Shown here in pieces: positions 1 to 9,208 of a stretch of DNA of 64,000 bases. The position numbers and the translations under genes are program-made. Each line of letters begins with the position of its first letter. Within the stretch, counting starts at the first letter, position 1. Source of the stretch: an uncultured Candidatus Micrarchaeota archaeon (GTDB lineage Archaea > Micrarchaeota > Micrarchaeia > Anstonellales > Bilamarchaeaceae); assembly GCA_963723105.1 (NCBI GenBank), contig CAVRPK010000001.1:208543-272542 (forward strand), written 5' to 3'. The notes under the pieces were generated by a model. The model did not search any database. It saw only the letters and a list, made by a program, of their open reading frames with translations, and was not told the origin of the DNA.

Positions 1-242
1 TCCATAAAAGCATCAAGAAGCTCTGGGAAATAAACCTTCAGATATCTGAACTCATCAAGATTGAGAAGAAGCTGATTAGTAATTTCAGATTTTTTCTTTT
101 TGATATCCCTATTCACAATAGAGATTTCCCTTTTGAGATCACGATCATAGATTCTCCTGTATTGGTCTTCAAGCTTATGCCTGTTTTCCATTTGCACACG
201 GAGGTATTCCGCTGCTTCTTCAAGGTAGTCTATCAGGAGCAT
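1..242 (-). CDS. hypothetical protein, N-terminal 80 codons only (continues past left edge)
   Basis: Stop-free frame from ATG at 242..240 to position 1 (MLLIDYLEEAAEYLRVQMENRHKLEDQYRR...). The start overlaps the end of the upstream nfo-like gene by 10 nt. No family recognised. Confidence 0.35.
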   Translation of the reverse strand, partial: MLLIDYLEEAAEYLRVQMENRHKLEDQYRRIYDRDLKREISIVNRDIKKKKSEITNQLLLNLDEFRYLKVYFPELLDAFM

Positions 243-1072
243 AATTTCATCCTTTTGTATTCATCCATGAGTTTCATGGCATCAATATCAATTTGTGGAC
301 TCTCACAGATTACTGTTCCACAATATCCATTTTCGGCTAGCACTTTAATAAAAGGTTCATATGGAGGCTCATTATTTGATCCAAGAATCAGATGATTCCG
401 CTCCCCCTTATCACTATAATTTATTTCAGAAAAATGGCAGTGAAATCGTTTTACATAGTCACCAAGCTTTGACTCAAGCTTTTCAAATATTGCAAGATAA
501 TCACTTTCGCCACGTATCTTGAAATCTCCCCGAGCATGAAGATGGGCAAAATCTATTACTGGCTCTACCATTTCCAGCTCAGATGATAAGTTGATATTCT
601 CATCAAGGCTACCAAAAGCAGTTTTCTTCCCAACATTTTCAGCACCAAGACGAATTTTGATATTGTTTTGAATAAGGGATTCTTCAATTTCCATAAGAAC
701 TTTTTTTGCACGTTCATATGCTTCTTTTGGAGAAAGCTTTTGATAAAATCCGGGATGAAAAACAGTAATGTTTCCTCCTGCAAGTGAAGTGATTTTTGCT
801 GCATCGAAAATGTGACGTTTGCTGTTGTTGATTTTGTGCTCATCATCAGTACAAAGATTTATGTAATATGGAGCATGTGAGGAGAGAGAAATATCGAGTT
901 TTTTTGAAGCTACTGCAATTTCTTTGGCAGCAGGCTCGCCCATACGAACGCCGTGGACAAATTCCATTTCCATAGCATCAAGGCCAAGTTCCCTGCAGCA
1001 GCTTACACCATCTAGGGTTGAAGATCCTTTGCATTGTATTGGAATTCCTGCAGGTCCAAAGCGTATATCCAT
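233..1072 (-). CDS. nfo: endonuclease IV family AP endonuclease (xylose-isomerase-like TIM barrel)
   Basis: 279 aa. The order of metal-ligand blocks is typical of Nfo: SSHAPYYINL, VFHPG, GAENVG, IDFAHLHARG, HCHFSE...GERNHLILG, VICESP. Confidence 0.75.
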   Translation of the reverse strand: MDIRFGPAGIPIQCKGSSTLDGVSCCRELGLDAMEMEFVHGVRMGEPAAKEIAVASKKLDISLSSHAPYYINLCTDDEHKINNSKRHIFDAAKITSLAGGNITVFHPGFYQKLSPKEAYERAKKVLMEIEESLIQNNIKIRLGAENVGKKTAFGSLDENINLSSELEMVEPVIDFAHLHARGDFKIRGESDYLAIFEKLESKLGDYVKRFHCHFSEINYSDKGERNHLILGSNNEPPYEPFIKVLAENGYCGTVICESPQIDIDAMKLMDEYKRMKLCS

Positions 1073-1138
1073 AATTAGACTTAGAAGAAAAAGAGATTAA
1101 ATGCTAATGAAGTTGATAAAAAAATGAAAAAGAAAAAA

Positions 1139-1996
1139 TTATTGGCAAAGATGAGTATTTTGATTGCAAACTTCGCCACTTACACAATCATCATCATCAT
1201 TGCAATAGCCAAGCTTGGCATTACAGTAATGAGAGCTCGTACAAACCTGCCAATCGCCACAATCTATATCTGCACCACAACGATCTGCTTCTGGAGTACA
1301 AAGATGAGTTTTCTTGATCTCGCAGTATTCCCAAACATTGCACTCATTGTCACCAGTACAGTATCCTTGCCTTGCAATGCATTTCTTTGAAGAATCATCG
1401 CATTTGGCCCATTTATCGCAATCACCATCGTTTCTACAGAAACCTTTTTTTGGCTCGCAGATATGAGTTTTTAGATTACAAGTCTGCCAGGTTTCACAAT
1501 CACCATCAAGATCGCATTTCCCTTCAAGGGTATAGCATCTTTTACTAATCACATCGCACTTTTCCCATGAATCGCAATCAGTATCAGATACACAGTATCC
1601 AGGTGCAGGGCCGCATTGATGCGTATTTGGGCTGCAGTATTCAAAATCTGGATCACATTGAGAATCTTCATCACAGTATCCAGGTGCTGCCTGACACGCA
1701 TTGGATGCGTCGCAAACCTGCCACATTTCGCAGTTGGCATTAGTACGACAGAAACCCCCCTGGAATTGGCATGTATGAGTACCTGCAACATCACAGACCA
1801 TCAAAGGATCACGTTCAATACAGGGATCATCAGAATCACAATATCCAGCAAGAGTTTCGCATGTAGTGGAAGTAGAATTGCAAAATTGCCAGTTTTGACA
1901 ATCGTCACTATCGCTACAACCAGTAGAACCACGACTGCTCGTACAGCCCACAAAAATCAAAGAAAGGACTATAAGTCCAAATAGGAGAAATCTCAT
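1139..1996 (-). CDS. secreted cysteine-rich lipoprotein built from 10 tandem ~26-aa four-Cys repeats
   Basis: N-terminus MRFLLFGLIVLSLIFVGCTSS (signal peptide plus lipobox-like Cys). Followed by ten repeats of G[YF]C-x3-D-x-C-x2-W-x2-C-x5-6-C. No other domain. Confidence 0.7.
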   Translation of the reverse strand: MRFLLFGLIVLSLIFVGCTSSRGSTGCSDSDDCQNWQFCNSTSTTCETLAGYCDSDDPCIERDPLMVCDVAGTHTCQFQGGFCRTNANCEMWQVCDASNACQAAPGYCDEDSQCDPDFEYCSPNTHQCGPAPGYCVSDTDCDSWEKCDVISKRCYTLEGKCDLDGDCETWQTCNLKTHICEPKKGFCRNDGDCDKWAKCDDSSKKCIARQGYCTGDNECNVWEYCEIKKTHLCTPEADRCGADIDCGDWQVCTSSHYCNAKLGYCNDDDDCVSGEVCNQNTHLCQ

Positions 1997-2019
1997 GAAA
2001 AATAATTGAATTGATGGAT

Positions 2020-2685
2020 TTATAAGTGTTGCATAATTTGATACAAATTGCCAAGTTCTTCAATAGTAAAATCAGCAGTGGATGGAGTATGAGAATGTTT
2101 GCCTTTTAGAATTCTGATTGTTTTCATCCCAACTTTGTTAGCTGATACAATATCAGCATCCTCACGATCTCCTATCATGACGCATTGTGAAGGCTCAACG
2201 TTAAGTGATTTGAGAATCTTGGAATAGAATTCAGGGCTTTTTTCAACTCCCACTTCTTCTGAGATAAATACATTGTCAAAATAAAGAGCAAGGCCAAGCC
2301 GTATTAGTTTGTCCCATTGTTTAACAGAATCGCCGTTAGTCGCAACATAGATATGATGGCCATCATCTTTGAGACGAAGAAGAGTTTTTGGAATTTGAGG
2401 GTATGGAGCTATGGAAGATTTGGTATGGTGATATGCTGCAACTGCTGCTGCAACAAATTTTGCAGGCTCATTCACATTGAGAATCTTGCACAGATCATTG
2501 AAATGATTTGGATAATTTGAACCTTTTTCTTTGATCAGTGAAATTAGCAGATCGTTTAATTTTTTATATTCACAGTCAAGTCCAATAGCGATCATTGCAT
2601 TGAGAGCATTTTTCCTAGCAAGTGCTGAAAACTCCGATGATGGAAAAAGTGTATCGTCAATATCAAAAAAAATATTCATAAGCAT
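2020..2685 (-). CDS. HAD-superfamily hydrolase (phosphatase-like)
   Basis: 221 aa. HAD motif I FFDIDDTLF near the N-terminus, motif II VATNG, motif IV MIGDREDADI. Confidence 0.7.
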   Translation of the reverse strand: MLMNIFFDIDDTLFPSSEFSALARKNALNAMIAIGLDCEYKKLNDLLISLIKEKGSNYPNHFNDLCKILNVNEPAKFVAAAVAAYHHTKSSIAPYPQIPKTLLRLKDDGHHIYVATNGDSVKQWDKLIRLGLALYFDNVFISEEVGVEKSPEFYSKILKSLNVEPSQCVMIGDREDADIVSANKVGMKTIRILKGKHSHTPSTADFTIEELGNLYQIMQHL

Positions 2686-2713
2686 GATAAAGATGGAAAG
2701 AAAATAAATTTCT

Positions 2714-3652
2714 TTAGGAAGCTCTCAATATTACTGTCCAATAGCATTCCCTTCCAGGAGCACCTACAGTAAGTCCAGCAAGATTCAAAGACAATACTGA
2801 AGAGATTGTTGATTCGTCACCACAAGATTGTCCATTGCATACAGCTGAAATACTTCTTAGTGAAAGAAGGCCCGATGGACCAACTACAATAGAAACATGA
2901 ATATCAAGTGTATCTTCAGGACGAATACCAAGGGAAGTACGCAATGAGGATGATGCTATTCTCAAAGAGCTTCCAAGTCTGGATAAAACCTCCCCAGTTC
3001 CAAGCGATGCTGCAAGATCAACCCGATCTGTTGGTGCAACTGCACCAGGACAGGTAAATGCAGAATTAAATCTTGGCGGAAGTTGATCTTCTCCAGCATC
3101 AGGTGGAGCCAATGTTCGAATTACCGCGCCACAATCAACATCACAAAAATGCGAAGACCTTGAATGGCATGATTCTGTTATTCTAATGGTTTCTAGTGAA
3201 TAACCTTCATGCGATACCACTGCCCCATAAACAGTATTTACATCAACTCTTCCATTTCCGCAATGAAAATCAACAGGACAATTTTCTGGGGTTTCTGAAG
3301 GCCTTTCAGTAACGTTCTGAGTCCTAAAGGATGAACTGACAGTTGGAATTGACCATTGAGGTGCTTTAACCTGTCTGATTAAATCTCCGCAATAACCACA
3401 ACTCTCTGGATCAAAAGTAGCTGAATAAGGATCAGCCTCTCCTTTTGCAACTTCGCACAAACGATCTCCTTTTTGTGGGGGGGTTGGACAGGGTCCTGAA
3501 GTATCACATGTCGAAATAGCTGTTGGCTCGGTCTGTAGTGGCTCGGTCTGTGGCTGTTTTTTTCCAGCCATAAATGCAACTCCGATTGCAATACCAACAA
3601 CTGCTGCAGGCACTATGAATTTTGCTCGAATATTACGTTTTGGATTTGTCAT
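2714..3652 (-). CDS. cassette A exported Cys-rich protein 2 (N-terminal TM anchor, paralog of 7094-8026)
   Basis: Start moved to ATG 3652 (MTNPKRN) behind GGTGGA inside the end of the upstream gene. TM anchor FIVPAAVVGIAIGVAFMA. Shares FDPESCGYCGD-IRQ, ENCPVDFHCGNGRVD and the C-terminal domain with 7094-8026 and 3658-5046. Confidence 0.65.
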   Translation of the reverse strand: MTNPKRNIRAKFIVPAAVVGIAIGVAFMAGKKQPQTEPLQTEPTAISTCDTSGPCPTPPQKGDRLCEVAKGEADPYSATFDPESCGYCGDLIRQVKAPQWSIPTVSSSFRTQNVTERPSETPENCPVDFHCGNGRVDVNTVYGAVVSHEGYSLETIRITESCHSRSSHFCDVDCGAVIRTLAPPDAGEDQLPPRFNSAFTCPGAVAPTDRVDLAASLGTGEVLSRLGSSLRIASSSLRTSLGIRPEDTLDIHVSIVVGPSGLLSLRSISAVCNGQSCGDESTISSVLSLNLAGLTVGAPGRECYWTVILRAS

Positions 3653-3657
3653 TAGTA

Positions 3658-5046
3658 TCATCCACCTACTGGAGGCCTCACTCTAACTGGAACAGTTATG
3701 ACACAAGTTTCGTTAGGCGCTCCGGTTGTAACACCGCTTAGATTAAGACCAGTAACTTGAATTACATTTGCTGATGAAGGGCACCCTTGACCGCCGCAAG
3801 ATGCATTTGCACCAAGTAAAGTTGGCACACCAGATGTATCTACGCTTACAGATACAGAAACATCAATTGCAACGCTTGAGACTCCAAGTGCGCTTCTAAG
3901 TTGTCCACCGTTGCCTGTAATAGTGCTTGTGATTCTCTGGACCAGTGTCCCCATACCAGGAACACGATTACCAGGACATGAAGTTACTTTTGTTGGTTGA
4001 ACATCCTCGCATTCACATGAGGTCGTACAGCGTTCTCCAGTACCACATCCAGATGGAGTTGCCGTAGGATCACATTCTTCGCCTGGTTGAATTCTTCCAT
4101 TTCCGCAAACAACAGGATCATCTACAGCAACAGGTGGAGGCGCTGATTTAATGACACAACGGCAAGATCTTGTACAAACCTTGCTAGTTCCGCATGCTAC
4201 TCTTCCAGCTTTGCTGCTTCGATCACATTGTTCTCCTGCAGCTTTATCCCAACTGCCATTTCCACAATTTTGTGGTGGTGGAGGTGCGCATGCTTCAAGA
4301 TTTGGACATGCACAGGGAACTAAGCTTTCAGGGGTACATAGTGGATGTGTTTCTGAAACTGCACAAACAGCTTCATCGTAGTTGACATCTATACGATAAT
4401 CATTATCATCAAGTGAAACAGTTGCAGGATTTGCATGCATCTGCTCGATCTCAGAAGAAGTCCTCCATCTTTCGAATTGAATTGCAGTATCGCCAGTCAT
4501 TCTTATTCTTGAGGTTTTAAGAATTTCATTGCTTCCATCTTCTGCGCGTTCTGCACATGGATGATCAGCAACTTTTTGTATTTGACAATCTGGAGAATTT
4601 TCATCTTCAAGTGGAAGTTTGATTGGTCTCTCTTGATCTGGTGCCCAGCTTCCATCTTCTGCTCTTTTAACATAGTGACTCATAAGATCTGGCACTGGAC
4701 GTCCTTCGCGATCCCTAAGCTTTGCCCGTTCGCTTTGATCATCGCATTGATCATTTCCACGATGGCAATCTTCAAATGAGAAATATGGATTGAATTCTAA
4801 ACACTTGCCATCTTCACTTCTTTTTTGAGTGCCATTGGGATTGAAATTGCATTCATATGCTTCTACTTCCATACAAACACCATCTCCTCGGATTGGCTCT
4901 ACTATTGGCCGAGTTGTATCACATTCTTTTGCAAATAGGAATAAACTAATTCCAGCAACCATAACTGCCGTAGTTGCAATTGATGATGCGTTATTCTTGA
5001 ATTTTCCAAGAGCTCTTTCCTTTAATGATTTTTTTCTAACTTTCAT
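3658..5046 (-). CDS. cassette A exported Cys-rich protein 1 (N-terminal TM anchor, CGNG...E[EQ]CD repeats)
   Basis: Start moved to ATG 5046 (MKVRKKSLKE), 5 nt after AGGTGA. TM anchor IATTAVMVAGISLFLFA. Two CGNG-x6-8-GE[EQ]CD units (CGNGSWDKAAGEQCD, CGNGRIQPGEECD). The C-terminal ~100 aa are shared with 2714-3652 and 7094-8026. Confidence 0.65.
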   Translation of the reverse strand: MKVRKKSLKERALGKFKNNASSIATTAVMVAGISLFLFAKECDTTRPIVEPIRGDGVCMEVEAYECNFNPNGTQKRSEDGKCLEFNPYFSFEDCHRGNDQCDDQSERAKLRDREGRPVPDLMSHYVKRAEDGSWAPDQERPIKLPLEDENSPDCQIQKVADHPCAERAEDGSNEILKTSRIRMTGDTAIQFERWRTSSEIEQMHANPATVSLDDNDYRIDVNYDEAVCAVSETHPLCTPESLVPCACPNLEACAPPPPQNCGNGSWDKAAGEQCDRSSKAGRVACGTSKVCTRSCRCVIKSAPPPVAVDDPVVCGNGRIQPGEECDPTATPSGCGTGERCTTSCECEDVQPTKVTSCPGNRVPGMGTLVQRITSTITGNGGQLRSALGVSSVAIDVSVSVSVDTSGVPTLLGANASCGGQGCPSSANVIQVTGLNLSGVTTGAPNETCVITVPVRVRPPVGG

Positions 5047-5051
5047 AAATG

Positions 5052-6968
5052 TCACCTTGTTTGTATTCCGCTTTCTGCTAGTATGAGTGCATAATCATCT
5101 TCAAGATCTGCAATAAATTGTCTTTGCTGATCTGATGGAACAGAAGTTTCATATTTGATATCTGAAAGTCTTTCTCGAAGTGCACGGTTTTTGTACGCCC
5201 CGCCATCTTTTTCAAATACTTCCGCCATTTTTCTAGAAAATAATTTATCTGAGAGTAAAAGTGCTTTGAGTTGTGTTTTTCTTCGTTCTGGATGATCGAT
5301 ATAAACTACAAGTTGAGCAAGTCTTTTTCCAACTACCACTCTCTCAACCTGATCAATAACAGTTGGAAGTTCTCTTCGGACCCTTTCATCAAGCCTCGCA
5401 TCATCCATAAGATCATTCCAAATGATTTCATGTCTGAATAAGACATCAACAACATCAAAAAGTACTTCATCGGTTTTCATAACTGATTTGATATTTGCAA
5501 GCTGAAGACCAAGATCAGTGGATGTTCTTTTGATCTGCGTGAATCTTTGCACAATATAATCGCATGCTTCCTCTTCTTCTTTGGAAAGATCAGAACGTCT
5601 TTGCAAACGAACAAGTTCTTTTGTAACTTTTCTTCTTCGAATAAGCTCTGTTGCTGCAAGAGTAAGTGCAAGTATTCCATAAGGAATTGCCTTATCTGAA
5701 TGTTCTGGAAGCTCGAATGTCGGAAGATGAAGTGTTTGTACCCAGAGTTTTGTAAATCCATTTAGCATTGTTTGATAAGCGCCAGTTAGATGTGCTGCAG
5801 TAGAGAAACCACCAACACTAAAAACTGCCCAAGTCATTGGACTTGAAATCCTGTTTTTGAACCATCCTTTGAAAGACCATTTAGGTTCTTGTTTTTGTGG
5901 ACTTGAAGTAGACTTTGGAACTTCCAGAAGTACTGGCTCTTGAGGTTCCTGAACAATACTTTGAGGCTCTTCAACATTATTTGGTTTACCTGGAATAGTA
6001 GCCTTGGAATCTTTTTGCGAAAGTTCAAGTGAAGGAACTGCAGGCATATCAGAAGTTCGCACACTTCTCATTTCATCCTGAATAACATTTGCTTGAGAGT
6101 GTTGTTTTGCTGCCTTTCCATATGCAGTAACCAGCCCTCTTAAAATAAGTAATCGATTAACGTAAATTTCCTGAGGCTCCATCTCAGATTCGTTCTTTTT
6201 TGATTTTACAGATTCTTCAATTGTACTGAGCCTGGCCTCGCCAAATCGAGCAACAAGTTTTTTGACTTCTGCTGCATAGCGAACTTTTCCGCGCTCGAAT
6301 TTTTCTTTTGAGGAATCAGCTGAGTCCCTAAGACCATTGATAAAATCAGAAAGATCTCCTGTAGCCAGAGTAAATTCTCCACCTTCAACTACGCTTGTTG
6401 GCTGATGTGAAACTGGACCATTGTCAACTACCCTGCCCATAGATGGAGGCAGAGGAGGCGACCGTGAACGTTTTTTAGGAGGAGGGGGTGGTGGAGGGAT
6501 AGAACGCCTTCTTTTCAAGTCAGGCACTGGAGGAGGCTTGGGTTTGTTTTGCTGCCCATTTACCATCCTTGTAGCATCCTCTTGTACAGGAGATGATTGT
6601 GCAGGCTTTATTTCGAATAAAGGACCAAGAAGATCTCGCTGTGCAAGTACAACTCCAAGTTCTAGAAGATGGCTGAATAATTGCTGTGAGTTTGAAACGT
6701 TGTTTGCAGCACATTCTGATCTTGCAAATTCAAGAAGAACTCCGGCATCCATTTCAAAAAGTTGTTCTTGACTAGGTACTGGAGAATTTTGACCAATATC
6801 CTGAGGAGGAGGAGCATCTAAAACAGGGATTACACTACTTGTTGGTTTTTGTGGCTTGGATCTTAAAGTTTCAACAGCCCCATCTTTATTGAATATGCTT
6901 GTTGCTTCTGATTGGGCCCTCTCAAGTTTTTGCCTTCGCTCCTCTCTACTAAGTCGTTTTTTTGCCAT
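5052..6968 (-). CDS. cassette A TM-hairpin scaffold protein (basic N-module, Pro-rich region, helical cytoplasmic C-domain)
   Basis: Start at ATG 6968 (MAKKRLSREERRQKLERAQ...). The N-terminal ~35 aa and the two-helix TM hairpin are paralogous to 8036-9208. Contains a PPPPPPPKKRSRSPPLPP tract. Confidence 0.65.
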   Translation of the reverse strand: MAKKRLSREERRQKLERAQSEATSIFNKDGAVETLRSKPQKPTSSVIPVLDAPPPQDIGQNSPVPSQEQLFEMDAGVLLEFARSECAANNVSNSQQLFSHLLELGVVLAQRDLLGPLFEIKPAQSSPVQEDATRMVNGQQNKPKPPPVPDLKRRRSIPPPPPPPKKRSRSPPLPPSMGRVVDNGPVSHQPTSVVEGGEFTLATGDLSDFINGLRDSADSSKEKFERGKVRYAAEVKKLVARFGEARLSTIEESVKSKKNESEMEPQEIYVNRLLILRGLVTAYGKAAKQHSQANVIQDEMRSVRTSDMPAVPSLELSQKDSKATIPGKPNNVEEPQSIVQEPQEPVLLEVPKSTSSPQKQEPKWSFKGWFKNRISSPMTWAVFSVGGFSTAAHLTGAYQTMLNGFTKLWVQTLHLPTFELPEHSDKAIPYGILALTLAATELIRRRKVTKELVRLQRRSDLSKEEEEACDYIVQRFTQIKRTSTDLGLQLANIKSVMKTDEVLFDVVDVLFRHEIIWNDLMDDARLDERVRRELPTVIDQVERVVVGKRLAQLVVYIDHPERRKTQLKALLLSDKLFSRKMAEVFEKDGGAYKNRALRERLSDIKYETSVPSDQQRQFIADLEDDYALILAESGIQTR

Positions 6969-7093
6969 TACACCCACTCAATAATATGTTTGAATATATA
7001 TAATTTTGTGGGAACTGTTTTTAAATGTGTTGTTTTAGAAAAAAAGATGTAAAGAAAAGGGATATTTTATAAGATTAAAAAATATAAAAAAAA

Positions 7094-8026
7094 TTATCTA
7101 AGTTTCACAGGTATAGAAAGAGTACATGATGATTCTGCACCAGCAACAGTTACTCCAGCAAGTGATAAACCAGCAACGCTAGCTGGATTTATACTATTTG
7201 GACATCCTTGTCCTCCGCAACTTGCTGAAGAACCTGCCAATGTAGGAACACCAGAAGAGCTAATTCTTACAGAGACCACAACTGTGACTGGAACAGATCC
7301 AACACCAGCTGCGCTCTTAATAGCACCACTGCTGGAAGAAATTGAAGATGAAACTCTGCTAATCAAATCACCTGCACCAGATCTAACACCAGCACCACAT
7401 GGGCCGCCAGGTGTTTCCCTTGGTGGCCTGACTGCTACCCCTGTTCCTGCGCCTTTAGCTGGAGTTCTTGCAGATCCAGCTCCCCTTGCGTTGCCACCTT
7501 TAGTTGGGCAATCGGCTTCACAATAATTATCAGAGGATACTCTGCATGATTCAGCAGGAATTGTTTTAGTTCCAAGTGCATAAGTGGCATTTTCACCTGT
7601 TCCGGTTTGAACAATTGCACCATAAACTTTAGCACGATTTTGAACCTTACCATCACCGCAAGTAAAATCAACAGGACAGTTTTCTACTGTTTCAAAGGAT
7701 TGTCTGATTCCATCACCGCAGAATCCGCAGCTTTCTGGATCCCAGTTTTCAGAAACCACATCGTGTTCTCCTTTTGTAAGTTCACAATTATTATCGCCTA
7801 CTGCTGGTTCTGCAGCACAGGTAACTGCTGTTGGACACTCTGGAGGAGGCGTTATTGGACCTTCTGTTTGTGGTCCGCAGCTTCTGAAAAATAATGTTGC
7901 AACCATTGCTGCAGTTGCAAGACCTGCTCCTGCTCCAAATTTCCATCCAAGGCGTTTTGCCTTGCTCTTTTTATCATCAACTCTGCTAGATGCAGGACTT
8001 CCGACTGTTTGTTTTTGTTCTGCCAT
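7094..8026 (-). CDS. cassette B exported Cys-rich protein (N-terminal TM anchor)
   Basis: Start at ATG 8026 (MAEQKQTV), 4 nt after GGTGAT. TM anchor GAGAGLATAAMVATLFF. Motifs WDPESCGFCGDGIRQ and ENCPVDFTCGDGKVQ. C-terminal SASCGGQGCPNSINPASVAGLSLAGVTVAGAESSC is nearly identical in pattern to 3658-5046. Confidence 0.65.
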   Translation of the reverse strand: MAEQKQTVGSPASSRVDDKKSKAKRLGWKFGAGAGLATAAMVATLFFRSCGPQTEGPITPPPECPTAVTCAAEPAVGDNNCELTKGEHDVVSENWDPESCGFCGDGIRQSFETVENCPVDFTCGDGKVQNRAKVYGAIVQTGTGENATYALGTKTIPAESCRVSSDNYCEADCPTKGGNARGAGSARTPAKGAGTGVAVRPPRETPGGPCGAGVRSGAGDLISRVSSSISSSSGAIKSAAGVGSVPVTVVVSVRISSSGVPTLAGSSASCGGQGCPNSINPASVAGLSLAGVTVAGAESSCTLSIPVKLR

Positions 8027-8035
8027 AATAATCAC

Positions 8036-9208
8036 CTACTCTTGTTGAGAGACCTCCGCAACATTAAGTTCTTTTCTTTGATTTCTTTTTTCTAAAAATG
8101 ACCATGTACTAAGACCAAGCTGAACTACTGCATATGTAGCTACTGCAACTTTGTGCCATCCCTGAAGACCATTTGCAAGATATGGGCTAGTCCATGCAAC
8201 AGCAGATGTTGCTGCAGCAAATAAACCTGCCATAGTAAGCTCAGGAAGGTAATACCTTACATTTCCAAGGAATTTTCCAACTGCAGTTGCTTTATCAATT
8301 GCATGTGCAGTTGTTGTTTTTCCACCATCGATTGTGCAGTAAACACCATCACCATCTTTGTATTCAAAAGTTAGTTTGAGAGGCCCGTCTTTTGATGGAA
8401 CTTCAACTTCTCTTTTTTGTGATGGTGCAATAGTTAATTCTACAAGAGTATTTTTACTTGAATCAAGAACAGTAAGTGCTTTCTTTCCGCTCAGTGAACC
8501 TTCGAATCTAACTTGAACACCAGAACGTAAAGAAGTAAGCTCAGCTTCAACTTCAGTTTTTACATAAACTGCTTTTGATCCTGTTTTTGCTTTTGGTTCT
8601 GCTGCTGTTGAGATTATAACTGATGGCTCTGCTGCTTGTGGAGCTGGAAAACTAGAATGCTCTAATGGTTCTGGGAAAAATTGTTCTTCTGGAGTTAGTG
8701 CTGGTTCCGGTGCAAGTGCTGCTGGAGTCTCCTGCTTTGTTGCTGAAGAATCAGGTGATTGTTCTGGTTCTTGTGCAGGTGCTGCTGGAGTCTCTTGTCT
8801 TGTTTCTGAACTAGAAGGTGCTGGTTCTGGATCTGGTGATGACGATGGAGGCGGACTGCTTCCAAGAATATCATCAAGCAAACTTCCACTACCCGAACTT
8901 GGGGCAGCTGGTGCTGGATCATCTAATACTGCAGAACCTGACACGATCTGACTATCAGAAAGATCAATAGTTTCTTCTTTTGCAACTGGAGAAGAATCAA
9001 CAGGTTTTTCTGCTGCATCCTCTCTTTGATCATTTGATTCTTCATGAACTGGAGATGATTTAGGCTTTGGCTCTACAACTGGTTTTGGATCGTCTTTTTG
9101 TGGTGGCTCAACTGCGCCTTTTCCGCTGAATAGGCCAGCAGCATTTTCCTGTGCTGCTCTTAGTTTTTCTGCTCTCTCAGCTCTACTTAATCGTTTTTTC
9201 TTTGCCAT
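8036..9208 (-). CDS. cassette B TM-hairpin scaffold protein (basic N-module, Pro/Ser-rich repeats, beta-rich domain, C-terminal TM hairpin)
   Basis: MAKKKRLSRAERAEKLRAAQENAAGLFSGKGAVE parallels the N-terminus of 5052-6968. Two C-terminal hydrophobic helices. TAATG stop/start overlap with the upstream gene. Confidence 0.65.
   Translation of the reverse strand: MAKKKRLSRAERAEKLRAAQENAAGLFSGKGAVEPPQKDDPKPVVEPKPKSSPVHEESNDQREDAAEKPVDSSPVAKEETIDLSDSQIVSGSAVLDDPAPAAPSSGSGSLLDDILGSSPPPSSSPDPEPAPSSSETRQETPAAPAQEPEQSPDSSATKQETPAALAPEPALTPEEQFFPEPLEHSSFPAPQAAEPSVIISTAAEPKAKTGSKAVYVKTEVEAELTSLRSGVQVRFEGSLSGKKALTVLDSSKNTLVELTIAPSQKREVEVPSKDGPLKLTFEYKDGDGVYCTIDGGKTTTAHAIDKATAVGKFLGNVRYYLPELTMAGLFAAATSAVAWTSPYLANGLQGWHKVAVATYAVVQLGLSTWSFLEKRNQRKELNVAEVSQQE
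8701..8830. repeat. imperfect tandem repeat (~57-63 nt period, ~2.2 copies) inside 8036-9208
   Basis: ctggttccggtgcaagtgctgctggagtctcctgctttgttgctgaag... recurs as ctggttcttgtgcaggtgctgctggagtctcttgtcttgtttctgaac... It encodes the repeated (R/K)QETPAA(P/L)A(Q/P)EPE. Confidence 0.55.
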
